DNA from: Catajapyx aquilonaris
Taxonomy: Eukaryota
Length of the DNA stretch: 47,214 nt
Assembly: GCA_000934665.2 (NCBI GenBank)
Contig: KZ538795.1
Location: 1 to 47,214 of the forward strand
Direction of reading: 5' to 3'
The notes beneath the pieces were generated by a model. It saw nothing but the letters and a program-made list of their open reading frames with translations, ran no database searches and had not been told where the DNA came from. Both the position numbers and the translations under genes were made by a program. Positions 12,125 to 23,869 of this stretch are shown piece by piece. Position 1 is the stretch's first letter, and every line of letters begins with the position of its first letter.

Positions 12125-12610
12125 TCTGTGAATCACAATACACCTCTTTTTACTGTCGACACAATTATGCATATTTTTCACCGCACTGCTTGCATTTTTC
12201 AGTGATTTCTCCACACGCGTCATTACACACTGCACCATACAAGCTAAACAAATCAATTCAGTCAAGTGAGAGCTGGGAAACCTGGAAATGTCGAGGAATT
12301 TTTCCATTAGGTTCGCGAGATACCCTGAGGCAGTCACTGGAGCTACGTACAGTTTGCCCTAAGAAGAAGCCATGGAAAATGCAACTTTTATAAAATGTGT
12401 GTTAATAAGATTCATGTGGTAGTCTGACTATACTGCTTGCAATCGTTTAATTGGTCAAGTAGGCTCAAGTGAAGGCGGTTTTAAGACATTTTCAGGTCAT
12501 ACCATTGCATAATTATTATTAAGCACAAGCTGGGAAAAATAATAATAATGCATCTCTAACAGTGGTGCCTGGTGGTGCCCAAACTATTTAGTAAGTTGGT
12601 TGGGGTTATC

Positions 12611-15600
12611 CTATATACTTGGGGCATCTGGTACTGCATCTGGTACAGCCTCTTCTGGCACCGCTTCTGGAACAGCCTCTTCTGGCACCGCCTCTGGAAC
12701 AGCCTCTTCTGGCACCGCCTCTGGAACAGCCTCTTCTGGCACTGCCTCTGGAACAGCCTCTTCTGGCACAGCTTCTGGTACAGCCTCCTCTGGCACGGCT
12801 TCAGGTACCACCTCTTCTGGCACAGCTTCTGGTACAACCTCTTCTGGCACGGCTTCTGGTACAGCAGCCTCTTCTGGTACGGCTTCTAGCACGGCTTCTG
12901 GTACCGCCTCTGGCACAGCCTCTGGTACATCTACTGGTAAGTCGGTTGGTACGGTGACTGGTAAGTCTGCAGGTGCAGTCACTGGTAAGTCTGGTACATC
13001 GGGTACAGTGACTGGGAGGTCAGGTACAGTTACTGGAAGGTCGGGTACAGTTACTGGTTCATCGGGTACGGTGACTGGGAGGTCGGGTACTGTTACTGGA
13101 AGGTCGGGTACAGTTACTGGGAGCTTTGGTACAGTTACTGGAAGCTCTGGTACGTCTACAGGGAGGTCTGGTACGTCCACTGGAATATCAGGTACGTCTA
13201 CAGGGAGGTCTGGTACGTCTACAGGGAGGTCCGGTACGTCCACTGGAAGATCCGGTACGTCTACAGGGAGGTCTGGTACGTCTACAGGGAGGTCCGGTAC
13301 GTCCACTGGAAGATCCGGTACGTCTACAGGGAGGCCTGGTACGTCTACAGGAAGGTCCGGTACAGTTACTGGAAGGTCTGGTACGTCCACAGGAAGATCC
13401 GGTACAGTTACTGGAACGTCCGGTATGGTTACTGGAAGGTCCGGTACAGTTACTGGTAAGGTAGGTGCGGTTACTGGTAAGTCTGGTAATGTCCCGAGTG
13501 TCATTCCATCGGGGAACGTGAAAGGCAGGTTGTTCAGAAGGGCTCTGCAGGCTTCCTGGATGCACTGAAGGCTTCTCTGTGATTATGTAACAACATTATA
13601 ATTAGGCACAGTTGCAATGCACGCCCCGAATCTGACTAATAAGATATATGCGCAAGTGCAGAATATAATTACCGTACCTCTGCCATTGCTTCACTGACAC
13701 AGATCAGAGCAATTTCGGCCTTCTGGCAACTCGCTTCTCTACCTGAAGACATCAGACCCCGCATGATTAGGAGTGAGCTAACTTTCGAAGCACATGGTGT
13801 ACATGTCGTTTTACTTTAATATCGAGAATAAGTATAGACGCGCTTGACACGGCCGTATAGTGCCTGCGCGTCATCTCGACCGCGTGTGGCGACGAATAAC
13901 GCGTCCATATAATAACTGAACTCTCACCATCCGGTTCAGGCTTCTTCTTGAGACATTCCTGCACGTTGTTCCAGACCGACATGTCCATTCCGCCAGCAAA
14001 GAACCGCGTCTCCAGGTCGGATTTGATCGACGAAATTTGGAAGTCTCCTCCCTGGTCCATCTATTATTTAAAAAAAAAAATATTAATCATGGCCCAACAA
14101 TATAGGATGACCAAAAATTCGAGTGGAAATGCGACACTCTCGACTCACCATGTTCATTTCTTTCCACATGCACAGAACCAGGCACTGGTGGTGGGTGGGG
14201 AATAGATAGCAGCAGATGAGTTAATTAATAAAAATTAAAAATTACGCGCAAATTTATGTGATACCTGTTTACAAGGGCAGACGCGATCGAGACGCGGTCT
14301 TAATTAATGATTTGACATCAATTGGACTCACTGCATGACAAAATTGGGAAGGGCTTTCGTAGTGGTAGACCGCATGCGGCAGCGGTAGGGGCACGCTGCA
14401 CCAGCATAACCCGTGACCTAACCTTCCTTCCCGGCGGATATACGCCTATCCTTCAGCGGATACACGCCTATAGGAAAGTATAGGTAAAAGTACGGGGTCT
14501 CCCTAAAGCGTAGCCCAGAATTGCGCCTCACATCACTCAGATCACTGTGACCACGTCTCGATCGCGTCTGCCCCTCTTCGTGCATGCAATTGAATTAGTG
14601 TGTCAGATTGCAATTTTTGGATCTACGCTGCTGATTTTAAGCAGTTCCTTTGGCACAGAAACTTGTTATCCAATGTATTAGCTGGCTATACTAATATTAG
14701 GTATAGCGTGGACCAGCCTCGGTGCTTGACATTATTATGGAGCCTTCGCAAATTTGACCTGTTTGACCGAATGGCAATATAGTTATTACTCGATCCACGG
14801 CTTCCTTCATGAACTTTTCGTCTTCCTGCTGTGCGCCTGCGCGTCCGAAGCATGCGGTGACGTCATCCTTCCTGCACATGGCGCCCACTATGCAGGGCAT
14901 GGTCAGTCCCTCCTTCTGGCAACACGTCTCCAGGGCTCGTATCGCACCCTCAGTCACCATCTTGCAACCCTGAGGCAATGAGGAAGACCGAGCCGGAATA
15001 ATATACAGCATGCGCGCGCATGGACGCGGCAAGGGCGTAGAAAACGCATGAGAACGCCGCTGAACTCACCCTGGCCACCTCGTGGAAGTGACGGTCCACG
15101 CATTCTTTCGGCCACCCTGGGAAATCCTCGTATTCATCTGCAGGCTCGTTGATTGTTATATAAACCACATTATTTAAAAACACTTAAGTGATATTAATTA
15201 TTATGTTATCTAGGAATATAAGGTGTTACTCTGCCAAGAACTGTCCACGAGGATTAATGTATTTGCCATTTTTATCTCAGAGGCTCATGAGGTTTGACTT
15301 ATATATGACATAATTATCTTACATACTGTTTGATCATTATTTACAATCACGGTTAAATTTACATTATCTGTGTACAAGTGTAATGATTATGCGGACGTTT
15401 CATGACTTTCGGAGCGATTCTGTATTTTCCAGTTCAGGTTTTGAAGATTGTATGAATCACTGTGAAACTACATACGTACCGCCACACATCACAGGTACAG
15501 CACCCTGCAAGATGAGAAAATATGACGTGTTATGTTCACACGAGCGAGCTTCGCTGTCCTTTGGGTGGGTCGTTGCTTCTGGGATCCACCAATCGCAATA

Positions 15601-15747
15601 AGCCTCTCTGTGTCGTTGCTGGGCTGTATGTTTGGACGACCCAAAGAACAACGACACCCCGTGTGAACCCCCCGGTCTCTTTACCCATATGATGATCTGC
15701 AAGAGCAGGAAGAAGCAGCTCCTGGGCATCTCCGGTACCCATACCAT
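12611..15747 (-). CDS. Secreted Cys-rich (OBP-like?) protein A with ~290-aa Pro/Val/acidic repeat tail; exons 15747-15685, 15504-15480, 15137-15070, 14969-14790, 14060-13928, 13742-13678, 13576-12611 (~499 aa)
   Basis: All junctions are GT-AG and in frame. Hydrophobic leader (SCFFLLLQIIIWGAV). Exon sizes 25/68/180/65 nt are identical to paralog B. Contains CQKAEIALIC and CIQEAC motifs. Confidence 0.8.
12630..13480 (-). repeat. Coding minisatellites: 21-bp (PDLPV[D/T]V)n then 27-bp (PEEAVPEAV)n
   Basis: Directly visible tandem units in the last exon of gene A. Confidence 0.9.
14275..14573. mobile_element. MITE with ~24-bp TIRs (GGGCAGACGCGATCGAGACG), in an intron of gene A
   Basis: gggcagacgcgatcgagacgcggtc ... 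gaccacgtctcgatcgcgtctgccc; related degenerate termini at ~18118 and ~18335. Confidence 0.7.
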
Positions 15748-16156
15748 CTTCGTGGACCGATGAGTACTGTTGCTCAGGCTGCAATATAACGATACGATAA
15801 CGACGCTAGCTGTTAACCATCGCGTGTCGCATCACTTCGATTGTTCGGCCTGTAAATCATTCTACTTCCGTCGTCGACGTAACTTCCCGCAGATTATATG
15901 ACAGCTCCAGTAGTTACATCACACGCTCTAAGACACTGCGCGTGTCATCTTGACAGACACCTTCCTGTTTTAGGTAACACATACCTCGCACTGATAAGGA
16001 TCACTAAATAAAAGGACAACATTTGCTCCATGTGCTCTATATATGATCTAAGAGTGGTTCTACATCAGAGTTCCTATAGTACGTGTGATTACCGTTTTAC
16101 AGCTCAGATGAGACTGAACTTGATGACTTTGGCCTCATTGGGGATGTACAGAGAGT

Positions 16157-17742
16157 TCATCCAACTTTGGGCAAGCTGGCTGGAGGATCAGGCAAATCTG
16201 GCTGGGGAACATCGGGAACTTGGGGAACATCAGGAGGATTGGGGACTTCGGGAAGGTTAGAAGCGTCTGGTAGAGGAACTTCGGGGACATCAGGGACTGC
16301 TGGTACTTCAGGGATACCTTCAGGGACTTCGGGGACTTCAGGCAGACCTTCGGGGACTTCTGGTACTTCAGGGAGACCTTCAGGGACTTCTGGTACTTCA
16401 GGGAGACCTTCGGGGACTTCTGGTACACCTTCGGGGAGGTCAGGAACTGTGACTCCTTCAGGAAGACCTTCAGGGATCCCATCGGGAAGTGAGACGGAAT
16501 CGAATGAAGGAGGGGTGAATCCCCCTGGGAAGGTGAATCCCTCGGGAAGAGAGTCTCCGAGGTCTGGAAGATCCACGATTGCCTGACAGGCGTCCGAGAT
16601 GCACTTTTCATTCCTCTGGAAAAGACCGAATCTTGATTGTCTGACGTCCACCAAAAGACAAAGACACCAGAGACTTACTTCAGCAACCGCGTCCGTGCAG
16701 CACATGAGTCCAATCTCAGCCAACTGGCAGGCTTCTCCTCGAGCTAGAAAGTACAGTGTGTGTGTGTGGTCATTTACAAAGGATACTTGGAGCAAACTGG
16801 ACACATGGACTTACTGTCCGATGGGTCCTTGGGCGTGGTGTCGATGCAGTTCTGGACACCATCCCAATCCGATTGTCCCATTTCCCCTCCGAAGAACCTC
16901 TGGGCCATGTCCTGCCTCACGCTGTCCCCAACTATCGAGCCATCTTCGGCCATCTGCAAAGTGACAGTGACCGCAACATTATTTTATGCCGGCAGAAGTT
17001 GGACACGAGCTGCACTCACCAATCCCATGCGTCTCCACATGCACTCGACGAGACACTGAAGATGTTAAAGATCATATGTATAGTTAATGGTAAAAGTTTG
17101 TGTCCTGGTCGACCTCATTTTACACTCATCGAATGGCTGTCTTGTAAGTGACTGACCTGATCTCTGGCTGCACCTATGAAGGCCTCATCTTCCTGCTCGA
17201 CCTCTGACCTTCCCAAGCAGGCAGTGACGTCACCCTTTCTGGCCATGGCCTCGGTTAAACAGGGCATGCTCAGACCCTTCTCCTCGCAGCACGAATCCAG
17301 GGCCGTCGCTGCCCCATCCGTCACCATCTGGCAACCCTGCGCAGGAAAGGTGACCACCAAGGGTCAAAAGGTCACTCTGGATTTGCACTCTCAGCAGCAG
17401 TCTTTTTGGCGACGAAGAAACTCACCCTCATCACGTGATGGAAGAATTTGTCCACGCACTTCTTGGGCATATTCGGAAATTCAGGGTATGCATCTGCTCG
17501 ATCGTTACAAATGCATTAAGTAATTAAGTGATTGAATTAGAAAATAATAATAATAACAATGACAATAATGATAATACCTTCGGATTGTCCCAGCACAGTC
17601 ATCTGCAATTATTTAGAAAGTCGTTAATATTCTTCCTACCAACACCATTTGACAGGGACAGCAGTATAATTATGATGGGAAAAGTTACCAGCAGGCCAAA
17701 CGCTGTGAGGAGAAGCAGCCGGATGAAGAGCGTGGCCATCAT
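16157..17742 (-). CDS. Secreted Cys-rich (OBP-like?) protein B with Pro/Glu repeat tail; exons 17742-17689, 17602-17578, 17493-17426, 17336-17157, 16953-16815, 16743-16679, 16615-16157 (~329 aa)
   Basis: Signal-peptide-like MMATLFIRLLLLTAFGLLMTVLG, all GT-AG in frame, 12 Cys including CQLAEIGLMC and CISDAC, and a (PEGLPEVPEV)n tail. Confidence 0.85.
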
Positions 17743-18117
17743 GGTTGCTGGGAAGAACTAGAGGAACTGTTCCATCCTTTGCACCAAGGCTTCATCGTCA
17801 CCTAAATACGTACGGCGACCTTGCCTAAACAAGATGGCGGTTTTCCCGCCATAAAACAACCGGGGGACTCAATGAGAATTGCGTGGTGTAAGGTCGCACA
17901 TCATCGTTTCAGTCGACGACACGCCGCGTCACATGGTGACAAACGGGGCATCACGCAGACCCGTCACTTTAGCAGTGATTTATACTTCCTGCGCACACGT
18001 GTAGCCAGTGGACGTGACTCCCTTCACAATGCGCATTACCGCATAATTAATTACCCTTCATATATTACTGTGTTAGGACCATAACAATTCATCGGAAGAC
18101 AGCTCTTTCCCCCGAGA

Positions 18118-18335
18118 GGGCCAGACGCGGTCGAGACGAACTGACGAAGACGTGTCTGCTGAACTACTTTCGCTTCCATCGCGTCTGAACCGCGATAGGA
18201 TCAATATTACCGAATTATTACTCGATTATTACTTAACTATTATTTACTCTGTAGTATCATGATTTATCATCAGAGTTTATTATTTCTTGTTTATTATCTT
18301 ATGTCCCATTAGGACCTCGTCTCGACCACGACTGA
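18118..18335. mobile_element. Degenerate copy of the 14275-14573 MITE family
   Basis: gggccagacgcggtcgagacg at the left end and cgtctcgaccacgactg at the right end. Confidence 0.45.
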
Positions 18336-18525
18336 AACTGCTCCTCGAACTCGATTAAAAATAACGATACTGGCCAATGAAGGTGTTAGCAGAGCGAGGC
18401 GATGAAAATAATAGTACAGTGTGGCTTGTAGATATTTGTTCAAAAAAAACAGATGACAATGAGGTGCTTGGAGCTTCATTTATTTATTTGACGACATTTT
18501 CATAGCGCAATACATTTCGCTCATG

Positions 18526-20831
18526 TTATTTCTTCGCAGCTTCTGAGGTCCACTCGCCGTCGGCCGCGTCTTCGCCGCCTTCCGATTGGATCAGACGACA
18601 TTCGTTTCTCACGCAGCCACGCGACATCTGCAATCGGGACAAAGTCGGATTAATACGATGATGTGATTATATTTCCGGACGCTTTCGGCAGCTTGCAACT
18701 AATCGGTCAAGAGCAGTTGTAAGATGGCGGGCTGCAATAGGCCTCCGGGCGACCAGAAGCGTCCGGTCGCGTCAATTCCGCTTGTGACGTCACCTCATCA
18801 AAGATGGAGTCCTTGATGTAATTATTATTTTTCTTTACCTTTCTGGTGGCCCTGAGTGCGCATGCGAAGGCCCTGTGGTCCACCCTGCACTCCAGCAGCT
18901 CATTGTCGTCCGTCACTCTGGCCGGAAGACCATTGTTGTTGACAGATGTCCTGGCGTCGATGGCGGGGTCCCTGTTGCTGTTCCTGTTCTTATTCCTGCC
19001 CCTGTTGCCTCCTCCTGGAACCGTTCTCTTGAGGCACTTGACCAGTCTGCCCGTGGCGGCGGCAGCACTACCGTTGCCACCAGCATCCCCTTCGAAGCGA
19101 CTCCTGTTCAGGAACTTGAATATCGTGTCCTCCAGCTCCATCTCGGAAGTCTCGCTGGACAATCTCTGTATAGACAACAATCACCCAAGAGTTATTCAAT
19201 TAAATTGCACGCAGCAGACGGCATGGACATACCATTCCAAGCTTATTCCAGACGCATTGTCCAAAGCACTGGAATTAGAAAGACGTCCATCGCATTGTTG
19301 TTGTGATATACAGATATATATATAATTCGGGATTGCGAATATAGTGAATAGCGCGCTGCAGTACCTTTGCCCTGGCTTGGTCCGAGAAGCAACCCCACCC
19401 TGTCTCGTTGAGACAAGTTCCAGGCTGGCATGGAGGCCTCCATGTTGGGTTGGCCCCTTCCATTAGGTCCATCAAGTCTCGAGGCAGCTTCATATCCAGC
19501 TCTTTCCCACACTGCGTCATGGCAGACAAGCCATTGCTGCTGTATCCGTTGCAAGCCTGAACCAATCGCAGATGGGTTAATAGTCGAGACAGTATACCTA
19601 CTCATTGCTTGGAATACACGCCAAGAAAAGTTTCGGACAAGCTTATCCAGACCTGCGCAGCAAAAAAAAGGCGTAACTGCGTGATTGCTGCTACGGCTTC
19701 GGATGTTTGTCCGACCTGATAGTACCACTATCTTCCGCACGACTTGAGAGTGGCAGGCCCCGGTCACTCGTATGCCTTAAACATTGCTCCTCCTGTGCAC
19801 CTGAGCTGAGCTACCCCACCGAGGGTGTTTGCCACGCCGGCGCTGCAGTCTCGGACCCTAAGACAGGTGGCGCCTTACCTAGCGGGCAATTCTGAACCAT
19901 TTTGCTCGACTCCGATTGGCTGGAGTAGTAGGCTACACGCCTCCTGACCCTGTAATACTCCACAGGAGGCCTTAACTAGTCACTCCAGCCAATCGGAGTC
20001 GAGCAAAATGCTCAGAATTGCCCGCTTGGTAAGGCGCCACCGGTCTTCGGGTCCGAGACTGCAGCGCCGGCGTGGCAAACACCCTCGGTGCGCACTCGGT
20101 GGCCGCCACCTGCTCCTGCCACTCTCAAGTCGTGAGGAAGATAGTGGTACTATCAGATCGGGCGAACATCCGATGGAGAGAAATAGCCTACCGGATATTA
20201 GAAGAAAGACAAGTGTTGCCAAATTTTGTCAACGAATTCCCTATAGTAGAGACTACTACCTTGATAAGTCTGGCGTAGTTGTTCTTCACGCACATACCAA
20301 TCCGAAGACCTTTATTCTTGCCTTTTCCTGGAAGCATTTCGCAGTTGTTATTATTAATTCGATAGTTCTTTTAGACCGACGTTAGCTGCGTTATACATAC
20401 CGCCACGTCCGCCTTTGCGTTGTCGTGGCGGCGAGTGATCTTGACGACGCTCCTCATGCGAATCCTCCCATTCAGCCGAGAACGACACGTCTTCATTCCC
20501 CTTGCTGCTGAGGACCACCTGCCAAGATTATACGCGATTAAAGACGCGCTCGAGACGCGCTCACAACTGATGGCCACTTAACACTTGCAAAAATTCGGAC
20601 AGGTTTTAAACACTAAAGTTAAGCCTATGATTGGTCAGAGCCCAAGTAGCACGAATCACCATGGAATATCCCATGGATATCCAAATATCCAGTGGCGATT
20701 CAGTGGATATCTGGATATCCCTGGGATATTCCAGGGCGATTCGTGCTACTTGGGAGGTGACCTATGACCTGGCCAGCACCCACCTGACACGCTGAGATGA
20801 GGAGCAGGGCAGCCAACGTTAGCTTGTTCAT
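18526..20831 (-). CDS. Secreted Cys-rich (OBP-like?) protein C, divergent; exons 20831-20784, 20518-20401, 20327-20298, 19652-19609, 19556-19365, 19165-18839, 18627-18526
   Basis: Leader MNKLTLAALLLISACQVVLS. ACN...CGKELDMKLP matches paralog D (ACN...CGKELDIKLP). Contains CRVDHRAFAC and CVRNEC. The model needs one GC donor at 19608. Confidence 0.7.
19699..20173. mobile_element. Foldback element (long palindrome) in an intron of gene C
   Basis: tcggatgtttgtccgacctgatagtaccactatcttcc... is mirrored by ...ggaagatagtggtactatcagatcgggcgaacatccga. Inner arms ~19817-19926 and ~19982-20090 are near-perfect. No TSD seen. Confidence 0.8.
20641..20754. mobile_element. 114-bp palindromic CACTA/CMC(EnSpm)-like mini element
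   Basis: AG|CCCAAGTAGCACGAATC...GATTCGTGCTACTTGGG|AG: CCC termini, apparent 2-bp TSD and repeated GATATCC subterminal motifs. Confidence 0.7.
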
Positions 20832-21669
20832 GGTACGGTCGAGTATGTGAGGCGACTGCGCGACACATATGCTCTGTGTATATTATGTGCGCAGGAAGTG
20901 ATCACGTGTGAGTGACAGGGTGAGAAATAATGGCAGCAAAGTAAAAGTGTTGTAAACGCAATGACGTTGAAGGATGTTGCGGAGTTTCCTGCTCATCTCT
21001 ATGGAATTATTTTGTTTGCGTTGCGTGTTCACAGCAGCGCAGAGTCACGCTCATCTCCATTGTCACCCTTGACCAGAATCATCCCCTGAATGTGTCTCAA
21101 GGTTGCCGGAATATATGTGGCACCTAGTGTGCACGCCCATGAAATAATCTAATTAGCACCTTCTCATGAAACTTCAATATGTAGGATTGTAGTGCATGCA
21201 TCTATAATATTAAAATCCTTGCGGGAGTTGGCCGAGCCCTCTGATTGGTCCGCCGCATATTGTTACCGCCACCTCCCCATTGGCCCGCGTTCTACTCATG
21301 CGCAATGGGGTGTAAACAACTCCTGTTGGATTGCCGGGGAAACTGTCTATTCCCCGGCGATATGGTGCGCCGAAAAGGTACCCCAGGCCGTAGGCCTAGA
21401 AAAGAGCGAGCGAAGCGAGTGGTGTGCGAGCGTTTTCCTATAGTAATATTTAAAGATGAATTTTTGATGCACTTGCTTCTCGTCAAGCTGGTTGCTGGGG
21501 TCAACACCAGTGCGTTACGTAGGTAAAGCGGTCAATTAGATCCATAATTAAGCGATCAAGGCGCTGAAAACGCACTATAGCGTAAACGGAAAGCGATTCT
21601 TTCACAGCGAGACACGACCGTGGACAGATGGCGTTTACGCAGCGAGCGCATTTTTCCCCATTTCGCGCT

Positions 21670-21765
21670 CAGCCGGTTCGAACTTTGAACCGGTTCGAAC
21701 TCTGGAATGATTCAATGTAATTAGAGGCTTTCGAACTCGCTTTCGAAGTATACGAGGTTCCACTG
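21670..21765 (-). mobile_element. Single pogo/Tigger-like MITE end
   Basis: Minus strand CAGTGGAACCTCGTATACTTCGAA with repeated TTCGAA motifs; partner end not found. Confidence 0.35.
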
Positions 21766-21973
21766 TGTCAAGAAGGATATTTATATAACAATATTGAAAG
21801 AACGATGGTTATTGTTTTTAGAGGTAATAAGTTATTTTATTTCCCGTTAACTACCTGTTCACATTGTCGATTCTTCAACATTTCCGGTTAGTAGAATTTA
21901 TTCTCCGCTGTAGCGCTTTGTGCAACGTGCATTGTTGGCGTGATTAGTATTGTTGTGCGGGTGGTGATCGCTG

Positions 21974-23869
21974 TCAGACAAGAAGAGGTGTGAGGAAGTT
22001 GTCGGTCAGGAAGTCCACCGACCTCCTGACCTTATCAGCTGCCTGGGCCTTCTGGTGACGCAAGAAGCACTCCTCCTTGATGCAGTTCAGCACGAACTGA
22101 AACAACAGTATTATGCCCAATGGAATAATGTTCTGGCAAACATTTGGAGAACTGCTGATACGTACCACGTGCACTTGTTTCAATGAGCACATCAAGGAGT
22201 GTTCAGCCAACTCGCATCCTGGCTCCCTGGCCGCCACTTCTATAGAGTAAGAAAGCTCATGACACATTGCAGATGTGGCTTAATTTCTTCTTCCGTCAAA
22301 TATGTAAAATTGGACCTGCCTTCTTCGGTGAGATTGGCCCTCCTGAATGGATGGAAGGGCAAAGGGGCGTCCATGCAGGCCTGCATCTCCTTCTTATGGT
22401 CGTCGGTCATGTCCTCTCCCTTACCATCTCTGTTGAAGAAGTGGGTGTTCAGGTAGGCCACGTGCGCCTCCTCCACCATCTTGCCATCGCCGTCCATCTG
22501 CGCATGCGCGGGAGGAAACAGTCATTTCATGCCCTAACCAAGGGAGCATATATACTACATAAGAGGCGCAAACTTCTGTCGGCGCCTTTGATGTTCGCGT
22601 CTCTCTGTTTGGGGGGTTGCCAAGGCTGGCGGCCATTTTGAAGTGTGTGGAACGCCAACGACGTATAAATATAGGGTACAGGCAGAAATAGGGTCCGCCA
22701 TCTTTGATGGTTTTGGCGGCCATGGCAACTACACGGCAGGAACACGCGCGAACCAAAGATGGCGGACCCTATTTTTGCCTGTACCCTATTTATACCTCGT
22801 TGGCGTTCCCCACACTTCAAAATGGCCGCCAGCCTTGGCAACGGCCCCAAACAGAGAGACGCGGAAATCGAATCTTATGTAGTATATACGCCCTGCCCTA
22901 ACCAAACCAACAGACTCGAGTAAAATAGACAATAACTTACGAAACCCATCTTCTGCCAAACGCACCTGACCATACACTGAAATAGAGAATATAGTCGAAT
23001 AATTATTATTATTATTGTCTCCTGGCGAGGAATCTGTCCCAATTATTTCACCTTTTTGGCTACGTCGACAACGAACGTGTTCCAGGTCTCCTCCTCGTCC
23101 TCGATCTCGCTGCACTTCTCCCAGTCTCCTCTTTCGCAGATGGCCAGCAGGAAGCAAGGGAGCTTGATGTCCAGCTCCTTCCCGCATCCTACTATAGCAT
23201 TGGCAGACATCTCAGTCACGACGTTGCAAGCCTGTGTTTATATCGATGATGGGGGAGGATTTACAAAAGAGAATCAAATAGTGAGCCTATACAGTTCGCC
23301 ACGCCTTACCTGAACAACATCGTGAAAATGGTGCTGGACACAGTAACCAATGATGGCTCTCTCTGTTGAATTGCCTGGAAATATTTTAAAATAATAACGC
23401 TCTAGGATTTGAATGTTTGTATAGATATTTTCAATTAAAAATCTGCGAATAAATCACGAGGTAATTGGAGCCCATGTACCTTCCTCAGCTGCGTCGTATT
23501 CCTCGTCCGACACGACGTTGCCATCATCGTCACTCTGCCAGTGGATTGCGTATCAATATTAGCGAGAGTTTTCAAAAAAAAGACACGGCTTGTAAGCAAC
23601 AATACAAGACGCCAACATAATTTTGCGACATTTCAGGGAAGGATGAATAAACTGGATTAGCCTACTTAATTATACTGAAGAGCAAGTAAGCCAGGCTGGC
23701 ACTGTCCGTCGTGGAGTGCAAAAAGTGTCGATCGTGTCGATTGCGACTGCAATAATAACCCACCTTTACCTCTGATCGCGATCGAGACGATGACTCGTCT
23801 CCTTGGACTTACCCTGACCGTGGCCGCGGTGGCCACAAGAAGGAGAAGGATGGCCAAGAGAGTGCTCAT
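21974..23869 (-). CDS. Secreted Cys-rich (OBP-like?) protein D; exons 23869-23813, 23534-23480, 23374-23310, 23231-23052, 22497-22320, 22239-22166, 22096-21974
   Basis: Leader MSTLLAILLLLVATAATVRS. YCVQHHFHDVVQ aligns to ECVDRHFHEVAR of gene A. Has the 180-nt exon seen in A/B, plus CELAEHSLMC and CIKEEC. The exon-5 donor is inferred as GC at 22319. Confidence 0.78.
22542..22893. mobile_element. Foldback element with 10-12-bp TSD (Mutator/MULE-like), in an intron of gene D
   Basis: tgccctaaccaa at 22530-22541 and 22894-22905 flanks a near-complete palindrome with GGG...CCC termini. Confidence 0.8.

Noticed and set aside
12630..13480. CRISPR-like repeat array
   Set aside because: Contiguous in-frame tandem repeats without unique spacers, in a eukaryotic exon.
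12600..13568. 322-aa Gly/Thr/Ser repeat ORF on + strand (and other-frame ORFs here and at 16135-16611)
   Set aside because: Antisense or alternative-frame shadows of the coding minisatellites in genes A and B. Only the minus-strand Pro-rich frame connects to spliced upstream exons.
15230..15269. ATG exon MANTLILVDSSWQ that could splice in frame into gene A
   Set aside because: Exons 15747-15685 and 15504-15480 give a proper hydrophobic leader and match paralog B's 25-nt exon. At most a minor alternative start.
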